NCBI GenBank assembly: GCA_013115145.1
Contig: JAAPAO010000016.1
Span: 75,601-139,600, forward strand
DNA length: 64,000 bases
Direction: 5' to 3'
DNA from: Perkinsus chesapeaki ATCC PRA-425
Lineage: Eukaryota > Protista > Perkinsozoa
Numbering within the stretch: the stretch's first letter is position 1; each line of letters opens with the position of its first letter. A model generated the notes under the pieces. That model was not told the origin of the DNA. It searched no databases and saw only the letters and a program-made list of their open reading frames with translations. Positions 48,661-60,509 of the stretch are shown in pieces. The translations under genes were made by a program, and so were the position numbers.

Positions 48661-48732
48661 CACGAATGCTTCTGCCCTTGGCCACACGAGTGCTTCTGCC
48701 CCTGACCACACGAGTGCTTCTGCCCCTGACCA
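48661..48732. repeat. 24-bp tandem repeat x3 (CACGAGTGCTTCTGCCCCTGACCA)
   Basis: Three adjacent copies, the first slightly diverged. Confidence 0.85.
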
Positions 48733-49591
48733 GCATGTCCCAACGCCCACTTTGGACACAATAAGATGCCGTCAGGTCGGTACATAATACTCTAATGAGA
48801 TCCATTCGTCATGACCGATATGACTCACTTTATCAAATCGTATGTTCGCCACGTGCTGATAATAGCTTTTAGCTGGGGAACTGAGAGGCAGTCGGTAGAC
48901 TTCCAATAGAATATTACTAACTCACGAGTTCCAGAAGCCAGGCACCGATTTGTTAACAATGAATAACGAACTGGGTGAACCGAAATAAAGCTCAAGTCGT
49001 TGGGTTGGTGCAACTCAGTCCCGAGGATTCTCAACTCGATCACGCCTGTACAATTGGTATTACGGCCTTCCAGATTTGATGACATAACCCCCACCACTCT
49101 TGACTAACAAATCTTGAGAGACAAACTGCTTGTCGTGCTGCCAAAGTTCAAGAGTACCCAGTCATTAAATTCCAGAGTACGAACTTTAGAATGTTTCGTG
49201 ATGCTGACACCACATGGCAGGCATGCTGGGAACCCTCTATTCGAACGGGTCTGTCCATTGCGTAACTACTTCGAGCCGTTTTATTGCTGTGAACGCAAAT
49301 CGGGGGAGGCTTGAGATAATAATCTGGCTTGAGATAAAAGGTTTTGACAATTGAATGAGCTGGAGCGGCCCGAGTTCCCAAAAGAAAAGTACTGCTATGG
49401 CCGCGGACACCCATGTGGTAGCGCGTGCTACAATTATGGGTACATATACGGATTGATACAAGTATCAATGAGAGATAGAACATATAGGCATAGTTCGCTT
49501 GATCTACAGGAAAGTATTCTCTCCGATAGACAAGCCAGACCACGGCACTGTCCGCATACAGCGCGTTAAAGACATTCACTGCAGATGGAGC

Positions 49592-50946
49592 TTATGGTCT
49601 GTGATCGTTCCCAGCGGGAAGTTGGCGAGCTTTGATGGGTACATAGTAATAGGCGAATGTATAGAAGGAAGCTTTCTCTGAGAAAAGAGGAGCAGCTGGG
49701 GAGTTACTTCCAGGCATTGTAGACCTCAACCCACTCAGAACTTCTACGAAATGTAGTTTCTTGTACAGCTCGATCGCGGCTGTGCTGTTGTAATGAACCA
49801 ATAAGCCCATGGCTAGGATGCCTTTGACCCCTTTGCCCTGAAATACAAGCGTTATGCGCTCATTCCACATATACATCTAACAATAGCCAGGAATTATTTT
49901 AGAGGTTTGGACTAAGACCTCTTTGTCTGCTCGGGAGAAGCCTTGTGCTACACCTTATCAACCTATTAGCTATCAGATAGCGAATTTCTCTTCTTAGAAA
50001 GCGTGCCCCCGAACTGGGGTCTCTGGCAGACCACGACTCCGAGAATCACTGCACCACCATGGTTGGTGTGTACATTCTGCAGACTCTGTAGTACAGATCA
50101 TCGAGCCGTGATGTGTTTGGAGTCCATATGCCTACTGTTTTAATGGCGTACTTCATCAGCACGGTCGCAATTCCCTGCCTACGGTAGGTTTCATTGACCC
50201 AAACCTGAGGATCAGCCCGTCGAAGGACATAACGCCGTATACGCAACTACAACTTAACGATAGCTTGATCGTGAAGCTCAAAGTACACTGGCTACAAGCC
50301 ATTCACTTCTGAAGGGAGTTTAGCATACGGGAATTGAAATACCGGTACTATAGGATGACTTATAGGCACAGCACAAGTACAATCGTTGACACTGATAACT
50401 TGGCAGTATTATAAAGAAGTTCTGCAACCACACTGGCAGGAATCGAAGGTGAACGAGTAAAGACTTCGTGTACTGATGGCTCACCTGGCTTATATAACCG
50501 AGTTGTCCTTCCTCCTTCGGATTACGCCTGACACGTGACACGCATCAGAACATGCCACATACTGCTGCACCGTGACTCTAGAACTCATTCGAAAGATATT
50601 TGTGGGTAACCATTCCCTTACATACCGATTCTGATGGCCCTTTTTACTCACATTCTCCCCCTAATGGCAAGCTCATCAGTCCTTGGGAATATGTCGGGTA
50701 CGTACAGCTTGATGAACCCAACAACAGTCTGTAACATGAAAGAGTTTAGCAAATACGTATCCTACAACTTACATCACTCTCGGAACCATCCACCGCTACA
50801 TAACAGGGGATTCCTTCCACTTCAAGACATTCGTCAAAGTTATCCTCACTACATTCGTCGCCAGGCTTGTATTCTCTATAGACTACTTCAGCCGATGCTA
50901 CCAGTACATAAAAGGCCGAAAGGATCGAGTTAAGATATATCTTCAT
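49592..50946 (-). CDS. GNAT-family N-acetyltransferase with N-terminal signal peptide, multi-exon
   Basis: MKIYLNSILSAFYVLVASA|EVVYREYKPGD; TVVGFIKL; GYISQ|VWVNETYRRQGIAT (motif A); LLVHYNSTAAIELYKKLHF (motif B). Confidence 0.85.
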
Positions 50947-51568
50947 CCGGTCAGGAGAGTTTCAAGCTTAAGCTGAGCCTGAGCAACTTGCTTAGAGAGG
51001 TAAGGAGCTGCGCGGCGCGCCGCGCCGCTGACGCCGACTTGTGTTGTGGGTCCAGATTGATCCCCATCTTGCTATATTGCTGATCTCCCCACAACTTATT
51101 AGGTGCAGAACTTAAGTGCAGTTAGTGCGCTTATATCTATTGTCCCAGGGTCGTAGTATTGGTATTCTGGCTCAAGCTCCTTTGTTGTGTTATTCTTCAG
51201 AGTTCATCAACTAATACCGCGACACTTGGCGGCTCCGGGTGGCGCACCTGCTTCATTCAATTGAAAAATTACCAAATTGCCCCCATAACATTAGCATCGA
51301 ATTCTGATTATGGTAATGAAGAAAATACTTGTGCACACTTTGATCATCAGCTTCAGCCACCCTGTATGGTGAGATAACGAGATACGCTCGGCCATGGGGT
51401 TTGTATTATAACGCGACCGCTTCTACGTCACATAATAACTAACCTACCGAGTCTACTCCAATGATGAGCAAAGCTTGTCCTCCGGAGAAATTGCTACTGC
51501 TCGGTGGTCCGAGGTTTAGTTCAAAGTTTGAACGACGAATGCACCCGGGTCACGTTTGAACTTCAAAG

Positions 51569-53900
51569 GTGACCCGGGTGCATTCCTTGCAGAGACCACT
51601 CCTGTTTCCTCTGCGTCCACAGCAGAGGGTCTCTACGAAAGCCCATGAAAGTGAACGTGAGATATCTAGGATGATGGATTTCTCTGATACGAGAGGCCAG
51701 ATTGGAATATCCATTTGGAGTGTGCCATTCCGCTTGCTACCAATGCTTTGCTTACACACGTCAGGCTGTGGTACACTCTGCTGCACATGTAAACTTCGCT
51801 AAGCATGAAAATGACTCTCCTACTGTGCTCCACCAGCTTGATAATCAAGCCTTGATTACAATACCCTACCTGCAGAAGTTTCCATGAATCCCAACTTCAA
51901 GAGTAGTACGAGCAACGCTCAACGGAGTGATATGACAACTTCATCTAGAGCATCGTAGCATCTGACCCGGTCGTGAAGCGTTGATCCTCTCAAAATCATC
52001 TACTTTTCTGTGCTAATTCGCGCTATAATGACCTTCGTAGTTCGTAAAGTTGTATTCTCTTATTGGCCCACTATCGCCAAGTCAATTCCCACTTATACCA
52101 ACCTCACTCCGCGCTTGGATCTCGTTAAGTAAACCGACCTTAGTAACCATCCCAATCCAGCTAGGTCACGTATATGGAACTGCGACATTCTTGCATTATT
52201 GGGACTGTTGCACTTTGATGTTCCAGACGGCGTTTTACAGTGATGAGTCGCTTATCATGAGTACAAGGAAGTACGTGTATGTCAGTCCGTGTATGGGATA
52301 GGAATCAAGGTCCGACAGTGTGCTGCTATGAATAAAGGTAGCTTTGGTATGATACGGTTTGTCAGTCATCGTTGCGGTGATATCTAAGAGCACTTGTCAG
52401 CCTCGCTTCAACCCTGTTGTGCGACGATTGCGCCTTTCGGTTTCAAGCCAGTCACGCTTGACTATTGAAACTCAACTCCGAGCAAGTCTAAAATATTGGC
52501 AATCAAAGCCTTCGCAATCGACTGGAAGTAGAATCGCCGACTTGGACGTTTAGCAGCATTTTCAATATACAGTCGCTCTTCGAGACTCGCAATCAGCACG
52601 GCGCGGAGACATCGCCACAGAATGCGTGTGCTCCAAGAGGAGTGGACATCTGAGGCACAGCCGTGGACACACATGCTATCAAAGCTGGATTACTCTAAGC
52701 CCTCATCATGAGTGTATTCACTCTGGATTATGCCGATACCAGAACTGTACAATCGAGGGTGTATGCTACCCCTTCGTTGAGGAGGTGGAGGAGGAAGACG
52801 ATCGACTACGTCGCCTGAAACCCGCCAACACGCTCAACGCCAGCATCACATCGTAATGATCAGAGGCCTTCGTTCTTACTGGTCGACTCCGTGGACACGA
52901 TCAAGCTGTCTCCGCCTTTTGCCGACACTCCGCTGTGGTCGTCTTTAGCTGTCCGATACATTGTCACACCGAATAAGATCTGTCGCCACTAATAGGGAAT
53001 GAAAGTCGTAAGGAAGCCTACCACTGAGAGAGCGAGGATCGTTGAGCCCTGAATCGGCTCAATGTGATCTCCCATCAATTGTGGTATCTAAAGGTAGAGT
53101 TGGCCGCAGCCAGTCAGAAGATATTGCTACTGAAAATGCCAAAGCGGTAGTTGGCAGGCCGAGGGTCATGACAACTGCGCAAAGGCTTGCTCCGGCGTGC
53201 CGCACGAGCTCGGCTTGAAGAAGCTGCGAGACCAGCATCCAGAAGATACATGAGAATAAGTAACTGAATGAACAAACATGTTTTACAGGGAGTTGACTAC
53301 TCCCACTGAGGAGGAGGAGGCAATTCAAGCAGCTGCTGATCCCTCAGTTAGGAAGTTACTTCTTCTACATTGCGAAAACATTGAAGGGAAGAGTCGGCGG
53401 TGGCTTACATGCCAGCTTGCCCATCGCTGCACTCTGGGCTGACGGTTTCATCCGACTTCAATATGCAGCGGAAGGCTGCAGGCCACCGAGTAATCTCAGA
53501 GTCACTCGATGCCAGCAGTTGAATCGGTACCTGAACGCCAGAGACTGATATGCTCATATCCACACGGACCTATACTAACCAGCATGAAGAGCAGAAGGGC
53601 TTGGATGAGATTACTCCAGTACATCAAGGAAATTAGATTAACTTTGCGTCTGGAGAACTCTAACTCTTGGTATCTAGACAAGCAGACGCTCAAGTGCACC
53701 CATCTAGGGAGAAGCTTACACTGCCGCTAATGCCACCGGTAAGGGTGCTATGAGATATACGAGGGACCACGATAGGCTGGTCGATGATGATGATGATACC
53801 TCGTCAGAGTTGCTGTCCGTCTAAGATGAATACCGTTGCTTTGGGAAAAGCCTGAAGGACTCACGAAAAGAGGCTCAAGCTGCAGCGCAACCCCTAATAT
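51569..53900 (+). CDS. Probable multi-exon hypothetical protein, possibly with a WD40-like repeat; boundaries uncertain
   Basis: Exon-like pieces, including FVLTGRLRGHDQAVSAF near 52870 (GH dipeptide context). Confidence 0.3.
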
Positions 53901-55225
53901 GATGATAACGACACCAATAACGTGTTGGGCACTGTAGCGGGTACCACATAAAAACTAAAGGAAGAATCGGAGGGAGCGGTATGAGCAGCCAGACGTACCA
54001 CAGATAGGATCATAGTGAACGGTATGACTGTCTGTTGCAGAATCGTCTGCAGATACCCGGGCACAAAGGCATTGCCGAAAATGGTGAGGATGCCGTTGAC
54101 AGCATTCAGTGCACCTTGAATGTTTGTAGAGCTCGGGAAAATACGGTATGAATTTGAGGCAACCTACCAATTACAGCATAGGGAAGAATCCTAGTATCAT
54201 CCGTTCCCCCAGCAACGATCTTAACGTAAAGATATGGAACACCAAAAAGAGGGATAAACGCTGCTGATATGACACATAGCAGCAGAACGGGATACCTGAC
54301 AATGACAAGGCCACTAATCACCAATAGTAAGCTCCGCGGGACGTGATTGAAACATCAGGATCGCCTACAGCCTTGAAACGGAAGGTGGTAAGTAACAACA
54401 ACCCATAGGAGCCACTCATTGATCTGGAGCAGCACATGAATGGCAGAGGTAAGCCCTGCCGTGGACGAGCGACATCCCCGACAAGAATACGTACAAGGAT
54501 GGCATATTAACGTGTTGAAGAGAGAGTGCTTACGGTCCTAGTGGATAAGCAATTCGTTTAAAAGCTACACGTTGTAGGGCTCCACAGGCCAATAATGATA
54601 TTGATAACAGAGCAACCTGATACAACTATCATACTCATACATCTCGGTGTGCCTCACTCTAAGTAGAACTAGAGCTCTTCCGCTGCAATTGACTAACCGA
54701 TCATATACCCGGCTCAACGGTCCCATAATGTAGCAGGAATAACTGATACGGACTACACGAAATTACGAAATTGATGCATATCGAGTTTTGGTAGCCCATC
54801 TAGCACAATTGTAGCTCGGTACGCACTGATGCTGCTGCTGGAGTTCGCTCGTACAGTGTACGTTCAATGAGACTTAAGTGTGACTGGAAGAATATGCACG
54901 CATGCGCAGCGACGTGCGAATCCTAAACGCGTTCCTCTAATCATGGAAGACGTCTAAGACCATAATTCCACTACAACGATGGTACTCCCTTCCACTTCAC
55001 GCTACTTCCGGTTCGTCCATGACCCATCCAGGTTCCATACCGTTTTTTCTCAACGAACCATGATTTATATCACAACACAACTCAACGGTTATATCCCAGT
55101 TTATAAGTTCTCTGCTATTACGATAGACTATGGAATAGGACAACATCAGCATAGCAGATGAACTACGGACCATGACGACAATACCAACAGCAATGACACG
55201 AGGAGCAGCGCGGCCCCGCGCATTC
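53900..55225 (-). CDS. Probable multi-exon membrane protein; boundaries uncertain
   Basis: Signal-like MRGAALLLVSLLLVLSSW and hydrophobic exons such as 54106..54324. Confidence 0.35.
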
Positions 55226-55808
55226 CTGTACTATCAATCAAGGTGAAGCAGCAAGACAAACGCAATAGTATAACGACGATTAGCGGAAGACCATGACAAC
55301 AATCACAACAACAACAAATAAGAGTAAGAAGAGTCGCCACAGGTTTGCAGGACCTTGGAAAAATCAATGTGTCTCGACAGTATTTATTTATTATTCTCGG
55401 CAGGCAAAAATGCCGGAATATCGAGACACGTTCATCCAGAAGGTAAGATAGGTCTGCAACAGCAGTAGCGACCAATCCGTTATCTTGTAATCTTGCTCAA
55501 TCTTGCATTTCCTCAACGCTTTTCATCCAAATCTTACATAGGGAGTAACGGAAACATACACAACTTGTAATACGACTGTAGCCACACTTATTCTCGATGG
55601 ACATCAGAGATGCTCCATTGGGTCGAAATGACTTGGACGTGAACTTGCTAGGAATGGAGAGCAGCTTCGCAAAGGAGAAATGATAAATTTGTCTGTGTAG
55701 AAGAAAAAGTCAATAAAGGCGAATGCTGCTCCAGTAGTGCATAATCGAATCGAGCAACAACCAACGGCAACAGCGAATAGCTTGGTCGCAATCTCCAGAC
55801 CATCAAAG

Positions 55809-58416
55809 CTATTCTGTCGCAATTTCCTGCGGCGCGGCGGCGGTCAGCGCGGTAACAACCAAGGCATAGACCGAATACGCCACAGCGTTGTGCTGAAAAA
55901 TAAGATGTAGTTCTGGAACGAATGGTGACGCTTACTGGAAAGGCTCGAATGATCGCTGCACTAAGTCCTTTGTAGAAGCGTCGAACGCCACCGGCTTTAT
56001 AAAGGTCGCTGACACAACTACGGAAGCACGCCCAAGTGCGCTCTGAAAGAGATGCGTGCGCATGCGTGCATAGTTTTGTGTGCTACCATTAATTTTCTGT
56101 CCCTGCATATTCGCCTTAATAACGTCCATTGGGAAGACTGCTGTCCAGAATATCGAGCCGCTGATTCCACCAGAAAGCATGAGCGTCCATGTTGGCAATT
56201 TCGCTACAGACTGTTCACTTGAATCGCCGTACATGTGCCTAATCGATGATCACATGAGGTCGCAAGTCAACCTAAAGATACGCCTACTCTGCAAACTGAT
56301 TTCTCAGATACTCGAAGGTCGGGTAAGATATGCTCCATCCGACCACATTACGCATGCACATCGCAGTAAGGCCCATATTATAAGCTCGAGAGCCAATCAC
56401 CTACACCAAAAACCGCGCGCCATGAAATTCAACAGTACTGCCTGATAAACCTACCTGCTTGACGCAGTCTACAAGACCGCGATAGACACTTCCGAGGTGC
56501 TCTGCGCGACGAACGGCCACCGCCTGAAAAGGGAGACAATTCTTGTGTCGCGATTCCTGTACTAACTATGACTCATTGGTATTGCCAGCGGTGACAGCAG
56601 AGATGGAACCTTTCGCTACCACAACTTCGACCATACAGCTTGTTCGATTACACACTCATCATAATAGATGCAGCAACGGCGGCGGCGGCGGTTTATTTGC
56701 TGCTCTATTCCCCTTCTATGAGTTATAAGTATTGCACACTACCAGACAAAGGATGAACTATTGCACCATCAGTTCGCAGCGCTACCTAATCCACCATACT
56801 CTTTCATTGCAATACATTTTAACACCCTTATCTCTAGCACCGTAGTCTAGTACATATCTCTTACTTATCCTCTAATATTCCTCACTCCATCCAACTGACT
56901 AATACTTACTCCAAGTACGGTAAATCCCGCACAGTAATACCACAACGCTCAGCCTTTATAGCCAACACAAGTGGTTATTATTCTCACACCTCTATCTATA
57001 TGCCAAGCCTTATTACATGATTCACCACGGAAGTGTACTCAGAAGTCGCCACATTCATCGAGGCACTAAGGCCCCTCACATACTGCATCTGTAATTGAAG
57101 CTTTACAACCTCAAACGGGCATCCGATAACTGCCGCTGCGAATCCCGCAGTAGCGCCTGTTCACCAAAATCGCACTATAAAGGTTTTAGATACCCATCCC
57201 CTCACCAGAGAGCGCTGCCGTTTTGGCTGGACTGAAACTGTTATTCTCGCTCTGCCTTAGTTTTGTACTCATATAGCCGTACACGCCAAATGCTACCATT
57301 CCCATGGCGACATCGCCGACCATTGGGGAAGATACTCCTTTATAGAAACCTATCATACGGGAAAGTATATAACGAAAAACAATGATCATGTAAAGATATT
57401 ATATAAATGCAATGGTGATATATGGATAATATATAAATGCAATGGTGATATATGGATAATATATAAATGCAATGGNNNNNNNNNNNNNNNNNNNNNNNNN
57501 NNNNNNNNNNNNNNNNNNNNNNNNNNNNNNNNNNNNNNNNNNNNNNNNNNNNNNNNNNNNNNNNNNNNNNNNNGTGATATATGGATAATATATAAATGCA
57601 ATGGTGATATATGGATAATATATAAATGCAATGGTGATATATGGATATTATATGAGCTAATATGATGGAAAATGCCGTTCTAGTGAGATTGTGCTGATGT
57701 ATATCTATAAGAATATCTAACTACGGTACATCCTACTCTATAGAACAATGGGTAACTACTGCTAGACTGCTGACCGGGAAGGCGGAGGAGTTCAGAGCCA
57801 TCACCAAGCATCAAGAACCATCACGCCAATTACGGATATGCCCCCACTCGGAACTTCCCCCGAAACGACCCATCACCACCCATCTCAATAGGCTCAAAAA
57901 GCTCTAACATCGCAACGCACCCCCTGCTAACCGAATTCGAATGTTGTGCCATATTTAACGAAATACAATTCCTCAAATCATACGGTGATTCCCGTCGTAT
58001 GGCCACGGTAGGCATGTATGCCTATTATTATTTGAACAATCTACCTCCTCCATCCGATATATCAGTATATTTCTGCAGGAACTATAGAAGCGTCAATTAA
58101 CACCAATTTCCATAGTTTCGCCACGAATTGACACACTTCGATAGCCTATCGGGAGAAATGCTAACACATTCCTCCGGAATTGCTACAAAGCATCTCCCGA
58201 AACAGCAGTGAAATTATGTGTTCAGTTCCCAAAATTGCGACCTTTAAATCCCTCGTTTTTCCATGTTATTCTCATACAGTCCAACGGTGATTTATACAGC
58301 GATGCTGATGCCACTCTATTCTTCATCAGATCCAAAGGATAGGATGATATAACAGCAACGAACGATGCTGAAAGAACAAAGGCATCACACCACAGTAAGA
58401 GGAATTTTACATCCAT
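55809..58416 (-). CDS. Mitochondrial carrier (SLC25; carnitine/ornithine-carrier-like), multi-exon
   Basis: Px[DE]xxK signatures YPLDLMKNR and FPMDVIKAN; EGFKG|..FYKGVSSPM; C-terminal NAVAYSVY. Confidence 0.9.
57397..57652. repeat. 30-bp minisatellite (GTGATATATGGATAATATATAAATGCAATG) spanning an N gap, in a carrier intron
   Basis: Tandem copies flank the gap at 57476..57573. Confidence 0.95.
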
Positions 58417-58865
58417 TTCACGCGCGTATCGAATTTAAGAGTGAATAGTTCAATATCGATACGACGATATTAATGAGCAATTGAGAACAGTAGTAGCCCT
58501 AACTATAGGCAAGTAACGACGGTGATGCCTATGAGTGTTGACCAGAGTGCTGATAATCTCTAGTTGGAGAAAACAGCTATGTCGATAATATCAACATCCA
58601 TTGAAACTGTCACAGATTCAGAGAGCGCAATGTTACCAGTATGCACAAGTAACCGGACAAGGCTGATAATGCTAATAATGCCACTTAGTGTTCACCATAA
58701 GGATGGTTATTTACTATTCGTGAGATACCCGCAACGATAACGCTTAGATCCTATATTGGCACTTTAACAGATGAACTTCGTGAGTAACTCCCTTCAACAA
58801 AGTCCCTTCTACCATCATATATTACCTGTAGCTCCAGCAAGTGTATGTAGCTGACCCAAGGTCAG

Positions 58866-59670
58866 GCATTGGCCCAGGTAGCTGGCCGCTCCAGACGCTG
58901 CGCTATGTAGAGCCTTATTACCACCAGCGAGCAGGCTGCCACTGCCGCTAGTAGGGCGAAGGCTCCCCATGGCCAAATGATGACCAGAAGTACTGGCATA
59001 TAGGCCACTGAAAGAGCAACAAACATATGACCCTCCACACAGATCGAGAAGTCCGTGCTACGGATTAAGAGGCATACGGCAATTCTAGTGGTGCATATAC
59101 GATACTACTATGACAAGTGACCTCCCCGGCATCGCCCTCAAACTGGTGGTGTTGGGCTTGGGATAAAAGACCGCTCTTGTGAGCAGAGAGCTGACGGACG
59201 CCGCCGTGTCTCAACTGCCACCACTGTTGAGGAACGGATCACAGATGCTCTCTAAATTGCCTTGGAAACACAATCCAGTTTCTGATCATTCATTTTGCTC
59301 CTTTCGAATACAGCTGCTTGCCAAACAAATTGATCTGTTATTATGTGACTTCAAAAAAGACGATACACACTAATAACGAGGGCCATTGTGGAGTAGAGCT
59401 TGCCTTGGCTCAGATGGTCACACAGTAATAACGAATCATACCCTTATTTAGCACACTATAAGTCGTTATTATAGACCAGTTCATCATATTAGTAGCTTTG
59501 CGTATAATAGAAAATATTAACGATCACCTCATACCACCCTTATTATCTACCCAGTACTACCTAGCAGGCATAACCCCAACTGCAGCAGCAGCAGTAGTGG
59601 TGTAAAGGCCAGCGGTGGGAGGCTCTATAGTGGAGGCTTGTTGAGATACATCATGATGATGATGCCCCTG
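58866..59670 (-). CDS. Hypothetical membrane protein, multi-exon; boundaries approximate
   Basis: Probable start MQGHHHHDVSQQ; last exon IIWPWGAFALLAAVAACSLVVIRLYIAQRLERPATWANA*. Confidence 0.4.
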
Positions 59671-59873
59671 CATATATGATGCAGGCTCAATAAGAAACTC
59701 TAACAGAGAGAAACGTCGCCGATATAAAATACAGAAAAACGACGGACCCCGGGATCGAACTCGCGTGATCAACAAAACACACCAGAACACAGTCGACTTC
59801 TTGATTTGAATGCATTTAGCTATCAACAGCCTTGAAGTTCTCTCGGACCTCTGGGGGCAACATCTCGAATTCA

Positions 59874-60481
59874 AGATGATCCAGCGGCGATAGCTGCTTC
59901 AACTAAAAACACGCCTCCTTGCCGCAGAACTCCACTACACCGGGACGTTACTTCTCTCTTTTTATTTATCAGATGCCACTCAGTCTTAACATGGTCCCTG
60001 AATTCCTGGGCAGAATCGAACTGCTGGTCACCGCATGTGTGGCACTGTGGCCCAGTCTTCGCTACGACAGGTGCTGCCGAAGCGTTGGACTCTGGAGAGG
60101 ACGCTCTCGGGTTGGAGGTAGGCGCCTGGAAATAGTCGAGTGATACTTTCGCCTCGTGAGTCCCAATAACCGAAGCTCATTTGATAATATGCCGAGTCGG
60201 GAAGCAAGAATCTTTGCTTGAAGCTCAAAAGATGCTAGAAAGGTTACTATGAATGCATCTTGGCTCACTACCTTTCTAGGAGGCAAAGGCCTTATTGCAG
60301 CCTCGGGCCCAGTGACCCTACTAGATACTATCTGCAAAGTAACCGCGTTCTTGCTGCCCTTTGGGTACTCCTCTTCACACAGCTGATCAATGGGACGGTA
60401 CAGACTGAACCAAGAAAGCAATCAACACTATTCCCTGCAGATGTTGATATTCAGAAATCTACCCACCACCAGTTGAAGTAA
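59874..60481 (+). CDS. Possible hypothetical multi-exon gene
   Basis: Short ORFs with GT-AG bounded segments; no motif recognised. Confidence 0.25.
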
Positions 60482-60509
60482 TCGTATTCGGCAATAGGAA
60501 AGTGAATTT

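Noticed and set aside
60256-60267. CATCTTGGCTCA as a spliced-leader relic
   Set aside because: Lacks the terminal AG and lies within a probable coding exon; likely chance.
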